Assembly (NCBI GenBank): GCA_963704435.1
Contig: OY969902.1
Span: 200,949 to 264,948, forward strand
DNA: 64,000 bases
Source of the DNA: an uncultured archaeon
GTDB taxonomy: Archaea; Micrarchaeota; Micrarchaeia; Micrarchaeales; CABMGC01
Direction of reading: 5' to 3'
This document shows, piece after piece, positions 9,014 through 17,495 of the stretch. Made by a program: the position numbers and the translations under genes. Position 1 is the stretch's first letter, and each line of letters opens with the position of its first letter. The notes under the pieces were generated by a model that did not search any database, was not told the origin of the DNA, and saw only the letters and a list, made by a program, of their open reading frames with translations.

Positions 9014-9787
9014 TCACTTCTTTCCCTTTGCCGGCTTCTTTTCTTCCTTTGCCGGCTTCTTTCCCTTCATCGCGGCGTACGCGACCACGACCACGATTAT
9101 CAGCACCACTACGATTATCGTGGAATACATCACGGCGGAGCCGCTAAACATCGTTACGGGCGCCGTGCTTGCGACCGTTGTGGGCGCAGTTGTCGGAACC
9201 GTTGTCGGAACGGTGGTCGGAATTGTCGTTGCGACCGTGGTTGCAGGCTGCGTAGAAGCCAGCAATATCAGCTTTACCACATTCGTGTTGCTCGCGTTGA
9301 CATTCTTAGTCGTATAAGAGTTGGCCGCGGTCAGGTATGTGCCATTCAGGATGGACCTTGTCTGCGTAACGTTGTACAAGGTCAACGTCGCTTGATACGG
9401 CACCTGGGATTTCGTTTTGTAGATGATGTTATTCTGGTTCGCCGCGGTAACCGCCGAGTCCGTCGTATTAAGCGCCCTAGCAAGAGCCGCGGTGTTGTTG
9501 AGGCAGTTGTTCAGGGGGTTGGACCGGTTTGATGCGACAACTTGCGTGCACCTGCCAGTGGTTACACTCGGGAATATGTTCGGGTCGTATACGCCAATCC
9601 TCACCAAATAAGTCGTGGTAAGCACATTTCCTACGTTATTTGGAAGCAGACTGTCGCGGGCGGTATTCGGCAATACCCCTTGCAGCAGCCCGTTTACGCC
9701 ATTCGTTATCCCTAGCTGGGTCTCAATAGCGCTATGGCCCGGAGAATAGTAGTTTATTTTAATGGATTGATTGCAGGCCACTGAAGT
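9014..9787 (-). pseudogene. C-terminal fragment of a single-module surface-glycoprotein paralogue, split by an IS insertion
   Basis: The translation (ACNQSIKINYYSPGHSAIETQLGITNGV...TGRCTQVVASN.SNPLNNCLNNTAALARALNTTDSAV...) aligns with the second half of each module of 6812..8815. It ends in a Thr-rich linker plus TM. The frame continues exactly into 10847..11238 once the IS and one target-duplication copy are removed. Confidence 0.8.
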
Positions 9788-10846
9788 TAGGGAGTTGACA
9801 TTTACATTCAGTCACCTCGTCAAATACAAACCCCTTCACATCACGTATTCGATCAGGTTTGCGAGGAGGCAGGAAAACACGTGAATCCTGACCTTCTTTA
9901 TGCCAACGAACCTGTTCTTTGCAAGCCCGAACAGCTCCTTCAACCTTGCAAAGAGGTGTTCGACGGCCCACCTCTTCCCATACTCCGGATCCTTCGGGTT
10001 CTCTGTTTTCAGATACTTGTTGCCGCTTCTCGGGATTACTGGAGTTAGGCCATCGTCGCGCAACTGCATCCTTATCGCTGATGCGTGGTACTGTGCATCC
10101 GCAATGTATTTTGACTGATACTGCAGTTGAAAGGTCTTCTTTACTCTGTCGTACAGCGGCCAGAACATCTTCTTGTCGTTTGTGTTCGCAGGTATGACCT
10201 CAATTGCAAGTGGCGTTTCCGTCTCGGCTTCTACGATTACATGTGGTTTATAACCGAAGAACAGTTCTTTCCCATTGCCGAGGTTTTGCATCAGTTGTTC
10301 TTTCCTTGACGGAGTTCTGTGCCCCCACCTCGCATCGCCGTCCTTGCGCGAATATGCGAAGACGTCGGTACTGTCCTGCACGATAAGTCGCAGTTGCCTT
10401 GATTTCATCCGGTCCTGCACTATCCAGTTGTGCAGTTCCGCAAACATCTCCGCATCCGACCGTTCCCGCACCTTCGAGAAGGTCGACGGATGCGGCTTCC
10501 TCGTGTAACCAAGGATCTTTCCTATCGGGTCCCTGACTAGGAACTCCGCGAGTCTTACGTCGGTAAGATTCTCATGTTGCCTTATCGCAAAGGCGACAAG
10601 ATGCTTCGCAAACTTCCTCGTATGCCCGAACTTCTGCACGATCACCTTAGCCGCAGCCCAAACTTCTATTATTTTATTCTTTAGTTCATAGATTTCCATT
10701 GTCTTCAACTCCTGGCAAGGCGGTCGATACACTGACGTATCGGCCGTCCAGGAGACTCACGACCTTATTTTCCCGACGATAAAAAGAGAAGAGAAAACCC
10801 CCGAAATCATATTGGGTGCAAAGACTTAAAATTTGTCAAGTCCCTA
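9788..10846 (-). mobile_element. IS4/IS5-superfamily insertion sequence, copy A (1059 bp)
   Basis: By manual comparison it is identical to the copies at 13680..14738 and 52466..53524. The terminal inverted repeats are TAGGGA(G/C)TTGACA. It is flanked by a perfect 8-bp direct repeat ACTGAAGT (9780-9787 and 10847-10854). Confidence 0.9.
9836..10732 (-). CDS. DDE transposase (IS4/IS5 type)
   Basis: 298 aa. It carries the Y-x2-R-x3-E-x6-K signature (YGKRWAVEHLFARLK) and upstream D residues (QDSTDVFAY, YIADAQY). The same 298-aa protein is encoded three times in the window. Confidence 0.9.
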   Translation of the reverse strand: MYRPPCQELKTMEIYELKNKIIEVWAAAKVIVQKFGHTRKFAKHLVAFAIRQHENLTDVRLAEFLVRDPIGKILGYTRKPHPSTFSKVRERSDAEMFAELHNWIVQDRMKSRQLRLIVQDSTDVFAYSRKDGDARWGHRTPSRKEQLMQNLGNGKELFFGYKPHVIVEAETETPLAIEVIPANTNDKKMFWPLYDRVKKTFQLQYQSKYIADAQYHASAIRMQLRDDGLTPVIPRSGNKYLKTENPKDPEYGKRWAVEHLFARLKELFGLAKNRFVGIKKVRIHVFSCLLANLIEYVM

Positions 10847-11238
10847 ACTGAAGTCCCGCCTGCGGGACAGTTTGTCATCAAAACCATTCCGTTATATACC
10901 GCATAGCCCTGCGCGGTCGCATTCCAGGCGGTTATGCCATAAATAGATAATCCCGCGAATGCGGGAACGAGGGTGTACAGCGGGGACATCCCAATGGTGT
11001 TGCTGATGCCAACGCCCACTTCGCAGTTGGTCACCGCCGAGGCGTTTACCGCCTGCGGATAACCCATATAGAGCGCACTGATGGTCGACGTGCATAGGGG
11101 TGATGGGGTAGAATTCAGCGCCACGACCTTGCCATTCTGGAAAGCCATGTTGCTCGCGGATACAGTGGCGGACAGTCCCATCACAGTAAACAAGAAGATT
11201 GATGCAAATGCGATTAGCCCTACTGTTTTATTATTCAT
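10847..11238 (-). pseudogene. N-terminal fragment (signal peptide plus first half-module) of the IS-split surface-glycoprotein paralogue
   Basis: MNNKTVGLIAFASIFLFTVMGLSATVSASNMAFQNGKVV...VPAFAGLSIYG...YNGMVLMTNCPAGGTS is homologous to the N-terminus of 6812..8815. The reading frame runs into the IS and stops there. The upstream ATG at 11361 in the track is probably not the real start. Confidence 0.75.
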
Positions 11239-11475
11239 TTCACAACCCTTTTTAACAATCAACTGATGATGTTTAAATATCTTTGCTTGGGCAAACCGCA
11301 GATAAGTGCAATCATCTGGCCCCAAGAGGGCTTCAATGGCCGTATGTGATGGCAATGGCATTGCCAGTGAGCTAGCATGCAGGAATGGTTTTCAATCCTT
11401 AACGTTGATTCGCCCATGCGGTGGACGCGGACCTCAAAAAATGGGAACCAGTATTTTATCCGCTGACTATCAATC

Positions 11476-11847
11476 TCACTTGCTCTTCTTTCCGTCCCTG
11501 CTCCTCACCAGCAAGATGCCGAGAACGAACAGCACTGCGGATGATATGAACGATGTCAGGTTAAGGATGAGTGAGAAAGGGAAGAATAGCGGTATCGTGA
11601 CATACAGCGTGGGGATGCAGAGCCAAGTGCCATAGTTGTCGCAGGAGGGGAATTTTGTCGGGGCCGTGTTCGTGATGTAGGCGGAATTGCGAGTCAGAAG
11701 TCCCAATGAGAATGAAAGAAGCAGCAGGAGTAGCCCAATCATCGCGATCCTATTGAACTCTTCGAGCCCTCTTGCCAAATTCTCTCTTACTGAGAGGAGA
11801 GGGCCCTTTGCCTCCGCTTTTGTTCTTACCCTGTTCAGCCCCGCCAT
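11476..11847 (-). CDS. Hypothetical small membrane protein
   Basis: 123 aa with about three hydrophobic helices (IAMIGLLLLLLSFSLGLL, IPLFFPFSLILNL, AVLFVLGILLV). No recognisable family. Confidence 0.45.
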   Translation of the reverse strand: MAGLNRVRTKAEAKGPLLSVRENLARGLEEFNRIAMIGLLLLLLSFSLGLLTRNSAYITNTAPTKFPSCDNYGTWLCIPTLYVTIPLFFPFSLILNLTSFISSAVLFVLGILLVRSRDGKKSK

Positions 11848-12028
11848 CTTGACACCCCGTGCTGATTGAAAGTTCGTACTTCTGCCCGTCCCTTCCGTAT
11901 CGGATTATCTTGTATGATTCTCCTTTTATATGCCTTCCATCATCTCATGACCCTTAAACTCTTAGGGACTATCACGAGCCATCCACGCGCCTCGCTTTTA
12001 TCTTAATCATTTTAAATGAATTACCTCG

Positions 12029-12763
12029 CTAAGGCAGCAGCTTCTCCCTACTGATAAGCCTTGATGACAGCAAGATCATGGCCAGCGCGATAAGCGCCAG
12101 TATAGCGGCCTGCGCAATCTCCAGGAGGATCGCGGTGTTGAACGGGAATGCGAACGGTATGAAGTAATCCGGTACGACCAATAAAACGGCTATGGTCATC
12201 GCAAGGGGCTGGTTTCCGCCTGCCCTGCTCTTCTGCAGCACGCTGAACGCCATCATGACGGTTATCGCGAAAGCGACAGTCGAGAGCGCTATTATCACGC
12301 CTATGGCGAATATCGGGAGCGACGCCATCGCGGAGCCCATTCCCGATGAGGCGTAGGTGTAGAGCGTGCAGCCTCCGATTAAGATTACCAGGTATGCGCA
12401 TGCCATCAGCAGCGCAGCGTACAGGTATCTGAGGTAGATGTCGCGCTGGGTCATCCCGAGAGAAAGCAGGTACTCGAGCACGCCGTTGTTCTTGTCGTAG
12501 ACGAACAGGATCACTATGGACGTTATGAGCATGAGCGCTGGCAGGACGTCGAACGGGATCGTAAACAGGGACAGCTCTGGGACCGCGGACGAAGCGCCCT
12601 TCAGGCTGCCTATCGCGCCCAAAAATGATGGGTTTATGACCGTGAGGCGGAGGACCGTGATGAAGACCGCGATGAAGATGTACATCTTGCTCAGCCCGAG
12701 CGCCCTCCTGGCGGTGACCACTACGCTGTTCTCCCTGACTTCCTGGTTCTTGTTCTCTGCCAT
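12029..12763 (-). CDS. ABC-2-type transporter permease
   Basis: 244 aa and polytopic (about 6 TM). It lies immediately downstream of an ABC ATPase with a 1-nt gap. Confidence 0.65.
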   Translation of the reverse strand: MAENKNQEVRENSVVVTARRALGLSKMYIFIAVFITVLRLTVINPSFLGAIGSLKGASSAVPELSLFTIPFDVLPALMLITSIVILFVYDKNNGVLEYLLSLGMTQRDIYLRYLYAALLMACAYLVILIGGCTLYTYASSGMGSAMASLPIFAIGVIIALSTVAFAITVMMAFSVLQKSRAGGNQPLAMTIAVLLVVPDYFIPFAFPFNTAILLEIAQAAILALIALAMILLSSRLISREKLLP

Positions 12764-12764
12764 G

Positions 12765-13619
12765 TCATTTCACATCCTTGTCGAACAGTTCCTGCAGGGG
12801 GTTGTCAAGCTCGCGCATCTCGGTGACGAGTATGCCCTTCTGTACGATCCTCTTCAGCGCGAGCCCCGCCTCCTTGGGGTTCGAGACCGTGAGGACGTAG
12901 TATCCCCCTTCTCCCTTCTTTGCGTCAACTATTCCGGTTATGTCTTTCGAGGCCCTTATGCCGATCCTGTAGCTCTTGGAGCGCACGTTCTCTATCTTGT
13001 CGAACATCGTGAGCCTCCCGCCCTTGATGAGTATCAGGTTCCTTCCTATGTCGGTCGCCTCGTACAGGTTGTGCGACGAATAGAGCACGAGCTTGTCCCT
13101 GCTCAGCTTGAGCACCGCATCCCTTATCTCCTTTGAAAGCCTAGGGTCGAGGTTTGCGGTGGGCTCGTCGAGAAGGTAGACGTCCCTCTCCTTGAGGAAG
13201 ACCTTCGCTATCGACACCCTCTTCTTCTGCCCCTGCGAAAGGTCTGATACCCTCCTGTCCCTGAGCTCCTGGAGGCCAAGCGTGCCTATCGCGAGTTCGG
13301 GGTCTCCGCCCTCCATGCCCGCGTAAAACCTGAGCGCATCGTATACGGTCATCTCCTCCGGCAGCGCGTTGTAGTGCGAGAGGTAGTTTATGCTGCTGCG
13401 CAGCTCCTTCGTGGACCCTATCTCCTTGCCGTCCAGCAGGATCTTGCCTGACATCGGCTCCAATATTCCAGCGATTGTCCTGAACAGCGTTGTCTTGCCC
13501 GCCCCGTTGGGCCCCAGGACAACGTATACCGACGATTCCTTCGCCGTAAAGCTGATTCCATGAAGCACCGGTTTCCCGTCGTAGCCGGAATCGACGCCTT
13601 TTAATTCTAAAGTATGCAT
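12765..13619 (-). CDS. ABC transporter ATP-binding protein
   Basis: Walker A GPNGAGKTT, ABC signature LSQGQKKRVSIA and Walker B VYLLDEPTANLD are all present. Confidence 0.9.
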   Translation of the reverse strand: MHTLELKGVDSGYDGKPVLHGISFTAKESSVYVVLGPNGAGKTTLFRTIAGILEPMSGKILLDGKEIGSTKELRSSINYLSHYNALPEEMTVYDALRFYAGMEGGDPELAIGTLGLQELRDRRVSDLSQGQKKRVSIAKVFLKERDVYLLDEPTANLDPRLSKEIRDAVLKLSRDKLVLYSSHNLYEATDIGRNLILIKGGRLTMFDKIENVRSKSYRIGIRASKDITGIVDAKKGEGGYYVLTVSNPKEAGLALKRIVQKGILVTEMRELDNPLQELFDKDVK

Positions 13620-13679
13620 CTAGCCACGTTGCTATAACTATCACCTAACGACATATTAAAGATGTGGAGGGATTCACAC

Positions 13680-14738
13680 TAGGGAGTTGACATTTACATT
13701 CAGTCACCTCGTCAAATACAAACCCCTTCACATCACGTATTCGATCAGGTTTGCGAGGAGGCAGGAAAACACGTGAATCCTGACCTTCTTTATGCCAACG
13801 AACCTGTTCTTTGCAAGCCCGAACAGCTCCTTCAACCTTGCAAAGAGGTGTTCGACGGCCCACCTCTTCCCATACTCCGGATCCTTCGGGTTCTCTGTTT
13901 TCAGATACTTGTTGCCGCTTCTCGGGATTACTGGAGTTAGGCCATCGTCGCGCAACTGCATCCTTATCGCTGATGCGTGGTACTGTGCATCCGCAATGTA
14001 TTTTGACTGATACTGCAGTTGAAAGGTCTTCTTTACTCTGTCGTACAGCGGCCAGAACATCTTCTTGTCGTTTGTGTTCGCAGGTATGACCTCAATTGCA
14101 AGTGGCGTTTCCGTCTCGGCTTCTACGATTACATGTGGTTTATAACCGAAGAACAGTTCTTTCCCATTGCCGAGGTTTTGCATCAGTTGTTCTTTCCTTG
14201 ACGGAGTTCTGTGCCCCCACCTCGCATCGCCGTCCTTGCGCGAATATGCGAAGACGTCGGTACTGTCCTGCACGATAAGTCGCAGTTGCCTTGATTTCAT
14301 CCGGTCCTGCACTATCCAGTTGTGCAGTTCCGCAAACATCTCCGCATCCGACCGTTCCCGCACCTTCGAGAAGGTCGACGGATGCGGCTTCCTCGTGTAA
14401 CCAAGGATCTTTCCTATCGGGTCCCTGACTAGGAACTCCGCGAGTCTTACGTCGGTAAGATTCTCATGTTGCCTTATCGCAAAGGCGACAAGATGCTTCG
14501 CAAACTTCCTCGTATGCCCGAACTTCTGCACGATCACCTTAGCCGCAGCCCAAACTTCTATTATTTTATTCTTTAGTTCATAGATTTCCATTGTCTTCAA
14601 CTCCTGGCAAGGCGGTCGATACACTGACGTATCGGCCGTCCAGGAGACTCACGACCTTATTTTCCCGACGATAAAAAGAGAAGAGAAAACCCCCGAAATC
14701 ATATTGGGTGCAAAGACTTAAAATTTGTCAAGTCCCTA
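13680..14738 (-). mobile_element. IS4/IS5-superfamily insertion sequence, copy B (1059 bp)
   Basis: Same sequence and ends as copy A. It is flanked by TTCACAC (13673-13679 and 14739-14745). The repeat becomes 8 bp (ATTCACAC) if the terminal A is counted with the duplication. It is inserted 60 nt upstream of the ABC ATPase start. Confidence 0.9.
13728..14624 (-). CDS. DDE transposase (IS4/IS5 type)
   Basis: The 298-aa translation is identical to 9836..10732. Confidence 0.9.
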   Translation of the reverse strand: MYRPPCQELKTMEIYELKNKIIEVWAAAKVIVQKFGHTRKFAKHLVAFAIRQHENLTDVRLAEFLVRDPIGKILGYTRKPHPSTFSKVRERSDAEMFAELHNWIVQDRMKSRQLRLIVQDSTDVFAYSRKDGDARWGHRTPSRKEQLMQNLGNGKELFFGYKPHVIVEAETETPLAIEVIPANTNDKKMFWPLYDRVKKTFQLQYQSKYIADAQYHASAIRMQLRDDGLTPVIPRSGNKYLKTENPKDPEYGKRWAVEHLFARLKELFGLAKNRFVGIKKVRIHVFSCLLANLIEYVM

Positions 14739-14809
14739 TTCACACCTCTTGTTTAAGGGCTTCTAATGGCGGGCATAAGCCTTAATGGGGAGTTGAACAA
14801 TTCGGTTTA

Positions 14810-14910
14810 CTACGCTGAGAGTGCTACCTGAGTGAATGTGCGATGCCCCACGTGTTTTTCCATGCAGTCACCGACGTCTATATGAACTGGCTGAATTTAT
14901 ATAGCTAGTT
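14810..14910. repeat. Intergenic repeat family, copy 1
   Basis: CTGAGAGTGCTACCTGAGTGAATGTGCGATGCCCCACGTGTTTTTCCATGCAGTCACCGACGTCTATAT differs from copy 2 at about 5 of 69 positions by manual alignment. The minus strand holds a micro-ORF, MEKHVGHRTFTQVALSA (14810..14863). Confidence 0.7.
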
Positions 14911-14954
14911 ACGCATAGAATCCCACCAAAATCTTTCTTCGTTTCTCGGTTCTT

Positions 14955-15812
14955 TCATACTCTGGCCCTTAGCCAGTCCAGGACATCGCTATTTTGGATA
15001 TTCCTCTCTTCCGAGAGGTAGCTGAAGAACTTGTAAAGCGAGTAGTAGACCTTATCCAAATCAACCTTCTGAAGTATGTTGCTTCGCGTAAAGGCCTTGA
15101 ACTCTGATTTCAACATGGATTTAGTCACTTCCTCAAAAGACCCCGCGAGAGTGCCTTCCAGGTACATCATGAACAGTTCGAGGTTACTTTCGTGCTGCCC
15201 CGCAGTCCGCTCCTTCAGTCCTTCCTTTGAGATCAGGTACTTTTCGAAGCTGACGAGATAGCCGCTCCACGAATCCTGAAACTTCGCGGCCCTGGCAAGG
15301 CCCTCGAAACACCTGCCGTCGTAATCCTGCACCATGAACTTGCCGGAGAAGAAATACGGGCCATTTCCCCTTGAGTTTATCCTTGCGATCAGCGTGCTGT
15401 GCAGATCCAGCTTCGGGAGCTCGATCGTCTCCAGGTCATAGCGCCGGTTCCTCGTATCGATCAGCGTGACGCGATCCTCGGCCTGCGCCTCGACCCTGAA
15501 ATATCCGAACTTGCTTTTGCAGCCCTCCAGCAGGACTTCTTCCTCGTCCTTCGTTAGCTCTCTGGGGTGATGCTTGAGATACCACTGCACCAATGGCATG
15601 TTCTCCACCATGAAGGACGGCACGAGCCAGGCGATAAACATCGACTCGGCATCGTCCTCTACGATGCTTGGAGCCTTCAGCAACCCCGAGAACTCATACT
15701 GGAAAAGGCTGATGGCCGCGTTAAGGTCATCCTTTCCCATGGCGCGCACGACCTTGAACGTTGCACTGTTCCAAAGACTGGCAAATTCGCGTTTGTCTTC
15801 CTTCCACGCCAT
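14955..15812 (-). CDS. Hypothetical protein; the C-terminal third resembles a phage-integrase SAM-like core-binding domain
   Basis: 285 aa. The C-terminal helices (FEKYLISKEGLKERTAGQHESNLELFMMYLEG...YSLYKFFSYLSEERNI) resemble the N-terminal SAM-like domain of tyrosine recombinases. No catalytic domain is present. This is a weak call. Confidence 0.4.
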   Translation of the reverse strand: MAWKEDKREFASLWNSATFKVVRAMGKDDLNAAISLFQYEFSGLLKAPSIVEDDAESMFIAWLVPSFMVENMPLVQWYLKHHPRELTKDEEEVLLEGCKSKFGYFRVEAQAEDRVTLIDTRNRRYDLETIELPKLDLHSTLIARINSRGNGPYFFSGKFMVQDYDGRCFEGLARAAKFQDSWSGYLVSFEKYLISKEGLKERTAGQHESNLELFMMYLEGTLAGSFEEVTKSMLKSEFKAFTRSNILQKVDLDKVYYSLYKFFSYLSEERNIQNSDVLDWLRARV

Positions 15813-15964
15813 GGCGTACGCCCCTACGAAAATAATGCACTGTAATAATTCTTAACGTTATTTCCTACCGGCTCAACTTAGCCGTATATTCTTTCAGTAT
15901 TAATGAACAATGTTGTTCATTACTAATGAGAAGATATATATACCTTGCCGTTTATTCCCTAACT

Positions 15965-17182
15965 ATGATACTAAAGGATGCGCTCAGGGAGATAGTTAAG
16001 AGGCAGAGGGCGAGCTTGGAGTCCTCCGAGTACGGGGTTGAGAGGGAGCTGGCGGGCAAGGTGGAGCTCGGTCTTCCCTACGCCCTGGTGATATCGGGCG
16101 TCAGGAGATGCGGCAAGAGCACCCTCCTGCGCCAGCTCACGAAAAGGCTTCCCAGATACTATTACCTCCATTTCGAGGATCCGCTGCTCTCGGCCTTCGA
16201 ACCTGAGGACTTCGGGAAGCTCGACGACGTGTTCCGCGAGGAATACGGAGATCGGGAGTACTACCTTCTCGACGAGGTCCAGAACGTCAAGAGCTGGGAG
16301 GTTTTCGTCAGGTCGAGGCTGGACGCGGGCAAGAAGTTCCTCATAACCGGCTCCAACGCCTCGCTGCTCAGCAGGGAGCTCGGCACCCGCCTTACAGGGA
16401 GGCATCTCAACATCGAGCTCTTCCCGTTTTCGTTCGGCGAGATGCTCCTGCTGAAGAAGAGGCGCGCGAATCTTGACTCTTTCGACGAGTATCTCGTGAA
16501 TGGCGGCTTTCCGGAATACCTGAGGCACGAAAGGCAGGAAATACCCCAAAGGCTGTTCACGGACATAATCCAGAGGGACATAGTGGCCAGGCACGGCATA
16601 AGGGACGCGAAGACCCTAGAGGAGCTGGCCCTCTATCTGCTGACCAACATCGGAAAAGAGTTCTCGTACAACGGCCTAGCGAAGACGTTCGGGCTTGGCT
16701 CGGTAAACACAGCAATATCCTTCGTCTCCTATCTGGAGGACAGTTACCTGCTGTTCACGGTGCCGCGGATTGACTTTTCGCCGAAGAAGAGGGTCACGGG
16801 CCAGAAGAAGGTCTATTCCATAGACAACGGGCTATCGGGCGCCAACTCCGTGTCGTTCTCCTCGGATGCGGGCAGGATGCTGGAGAATGCCGTATTCCTC
16901 GCCCTGAGGAGGAAGCACAAGGACATATTCTATTTCGCAGGGAAAAAGGAGTGCGATTTCCTGGTCAAGGAGAAAGGAAAGATAACGATGGCCGTGCAAG
17001 TCACATACGAGTTGAACTCCGACAACAAGGACAGGGAACTGGAAGGGATGGTGGAAGCCATGGAAAAGTTCGGGCTGGAAGAGGGCCTGCTGCTGACCCG
17101 CAACCAAGAGGATTCGCTGAAAGTACGGGGAAAACGGATAGCCGTCAGGCCCGTCTGGAAGTGGATTGGTGAAAATCCCTGA
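15965..17182 (+). CDS. AAA-family ATPase with DUF4143-type C-terminal domain
   Basis: Walker A is GVRRCGKSTLLRQL and Walker B is YYLLDEVQ. The architecture is typical of archaeal AAA_14/DUF4143 ATPases. I prefer the ATG at 15965 (MILKDAL...), about 25 nt downstream of a TATA-like AGATATATATAC, over the track start at 15926. Confidence 0.75.
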   Translation: MILKDALREIVKRQRASLESSEYGVERELAGKVELGLPYALVISGVRRCGKSTLLRQLTKRLPRYYYLHFEDPLLSAFEPEDFGKLDDVFREEYGDREYYLLDEVQNVKSWEVFVRSRLDAGKKFLITGSNASLLSRELGTRLTGRHLNIELFPFSFGEMLLLKKRRANLDSFDEYLVNGGFPEYLRHERQEIPQRLFTDIIQRDIVARHGIRDAKTLEELALYLLTNIGKEFSYNGLAKTFGLGSVNTAISFVSYLEDSYLLFTVPRIDFSPKKRVTGQKKVYSIDNGLSGANSVSFSSDAGRMLENAVFLALRRKHKDIFYFAGKKECDFLVKEKGKITMAVQVTYELNSDNKDRELEGMVEAMEKFGLEEGLLLTRNQEDSLKVRGKRIAVRPVWKWIGENP

Positions 17183-17239
17183 AGCACGGTATGGGGATAC
17201 GAGATTCCATCCGTCTCTTTGAAGCGGCCTGAGGGGCAT

Positions 17240-17415
17240 CTACAGCAAAAGTACAGTTCCCCAATTCAGCCCTGAGAGTGATACCTGACTGAATGTGCGA
17301 TGCCCTACATATTTTTCCATGCAGTCACCGACGTCTATATATAAAAGCTATCTATATATAGCTTCTGATGGAAAACGAGCGTATGAGCTACAAATCAAGA
17401 AAACGCGCATTCTAG
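17240..17415. repeat. Intergenic repeat family, copy 2, with a truncated AbrB-like gene 5' end
   Basis: It has the same core as copy 1. The minus-strand micro-ORF is MEKYVGHRTFSQVSLSGLNWGTVLLL (17240..17320). An AT-rich palindromic TATA region (CTATATATAAAAGCTATCTATATATAG) follows. Then comes ATGGAAAACGAGCGTATGAGCTAC..TAG, homologous to the first ~12 codons of the AbrB-like gene at 24653. Confidence 0.7.
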
Positions 17416-17495
17416 GGACTCTGAATTACGGCTAGGAAATAGTCTGCGAATATGCTTATTAAGGCGGAAAACCATAATACAATCTAGTGCATAAG

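Noticed and set aside
17267-17278. The 12-nt match CAGCCCTGAGAG between repeat copy 2 and the 3' end of tRNA-Thr (32460-32471), considered as proof of attL/attR
   Set aside because: It is too short to exclude chance, and the similarity stops immediately after it. It is kept only as a hypothesis inside the repeat-family finding and is not called as an att site.
17411-17420. TAGGGACT matches the IS terminal inverted repeat, considered as a solo IS end (also AGTAGGGACA near 24930)
   Set aside because: The match is only 7-8 nt, and several occurrences are expected by chance in 64 kb on two strands. No adjacent IS-derived sequence is present.
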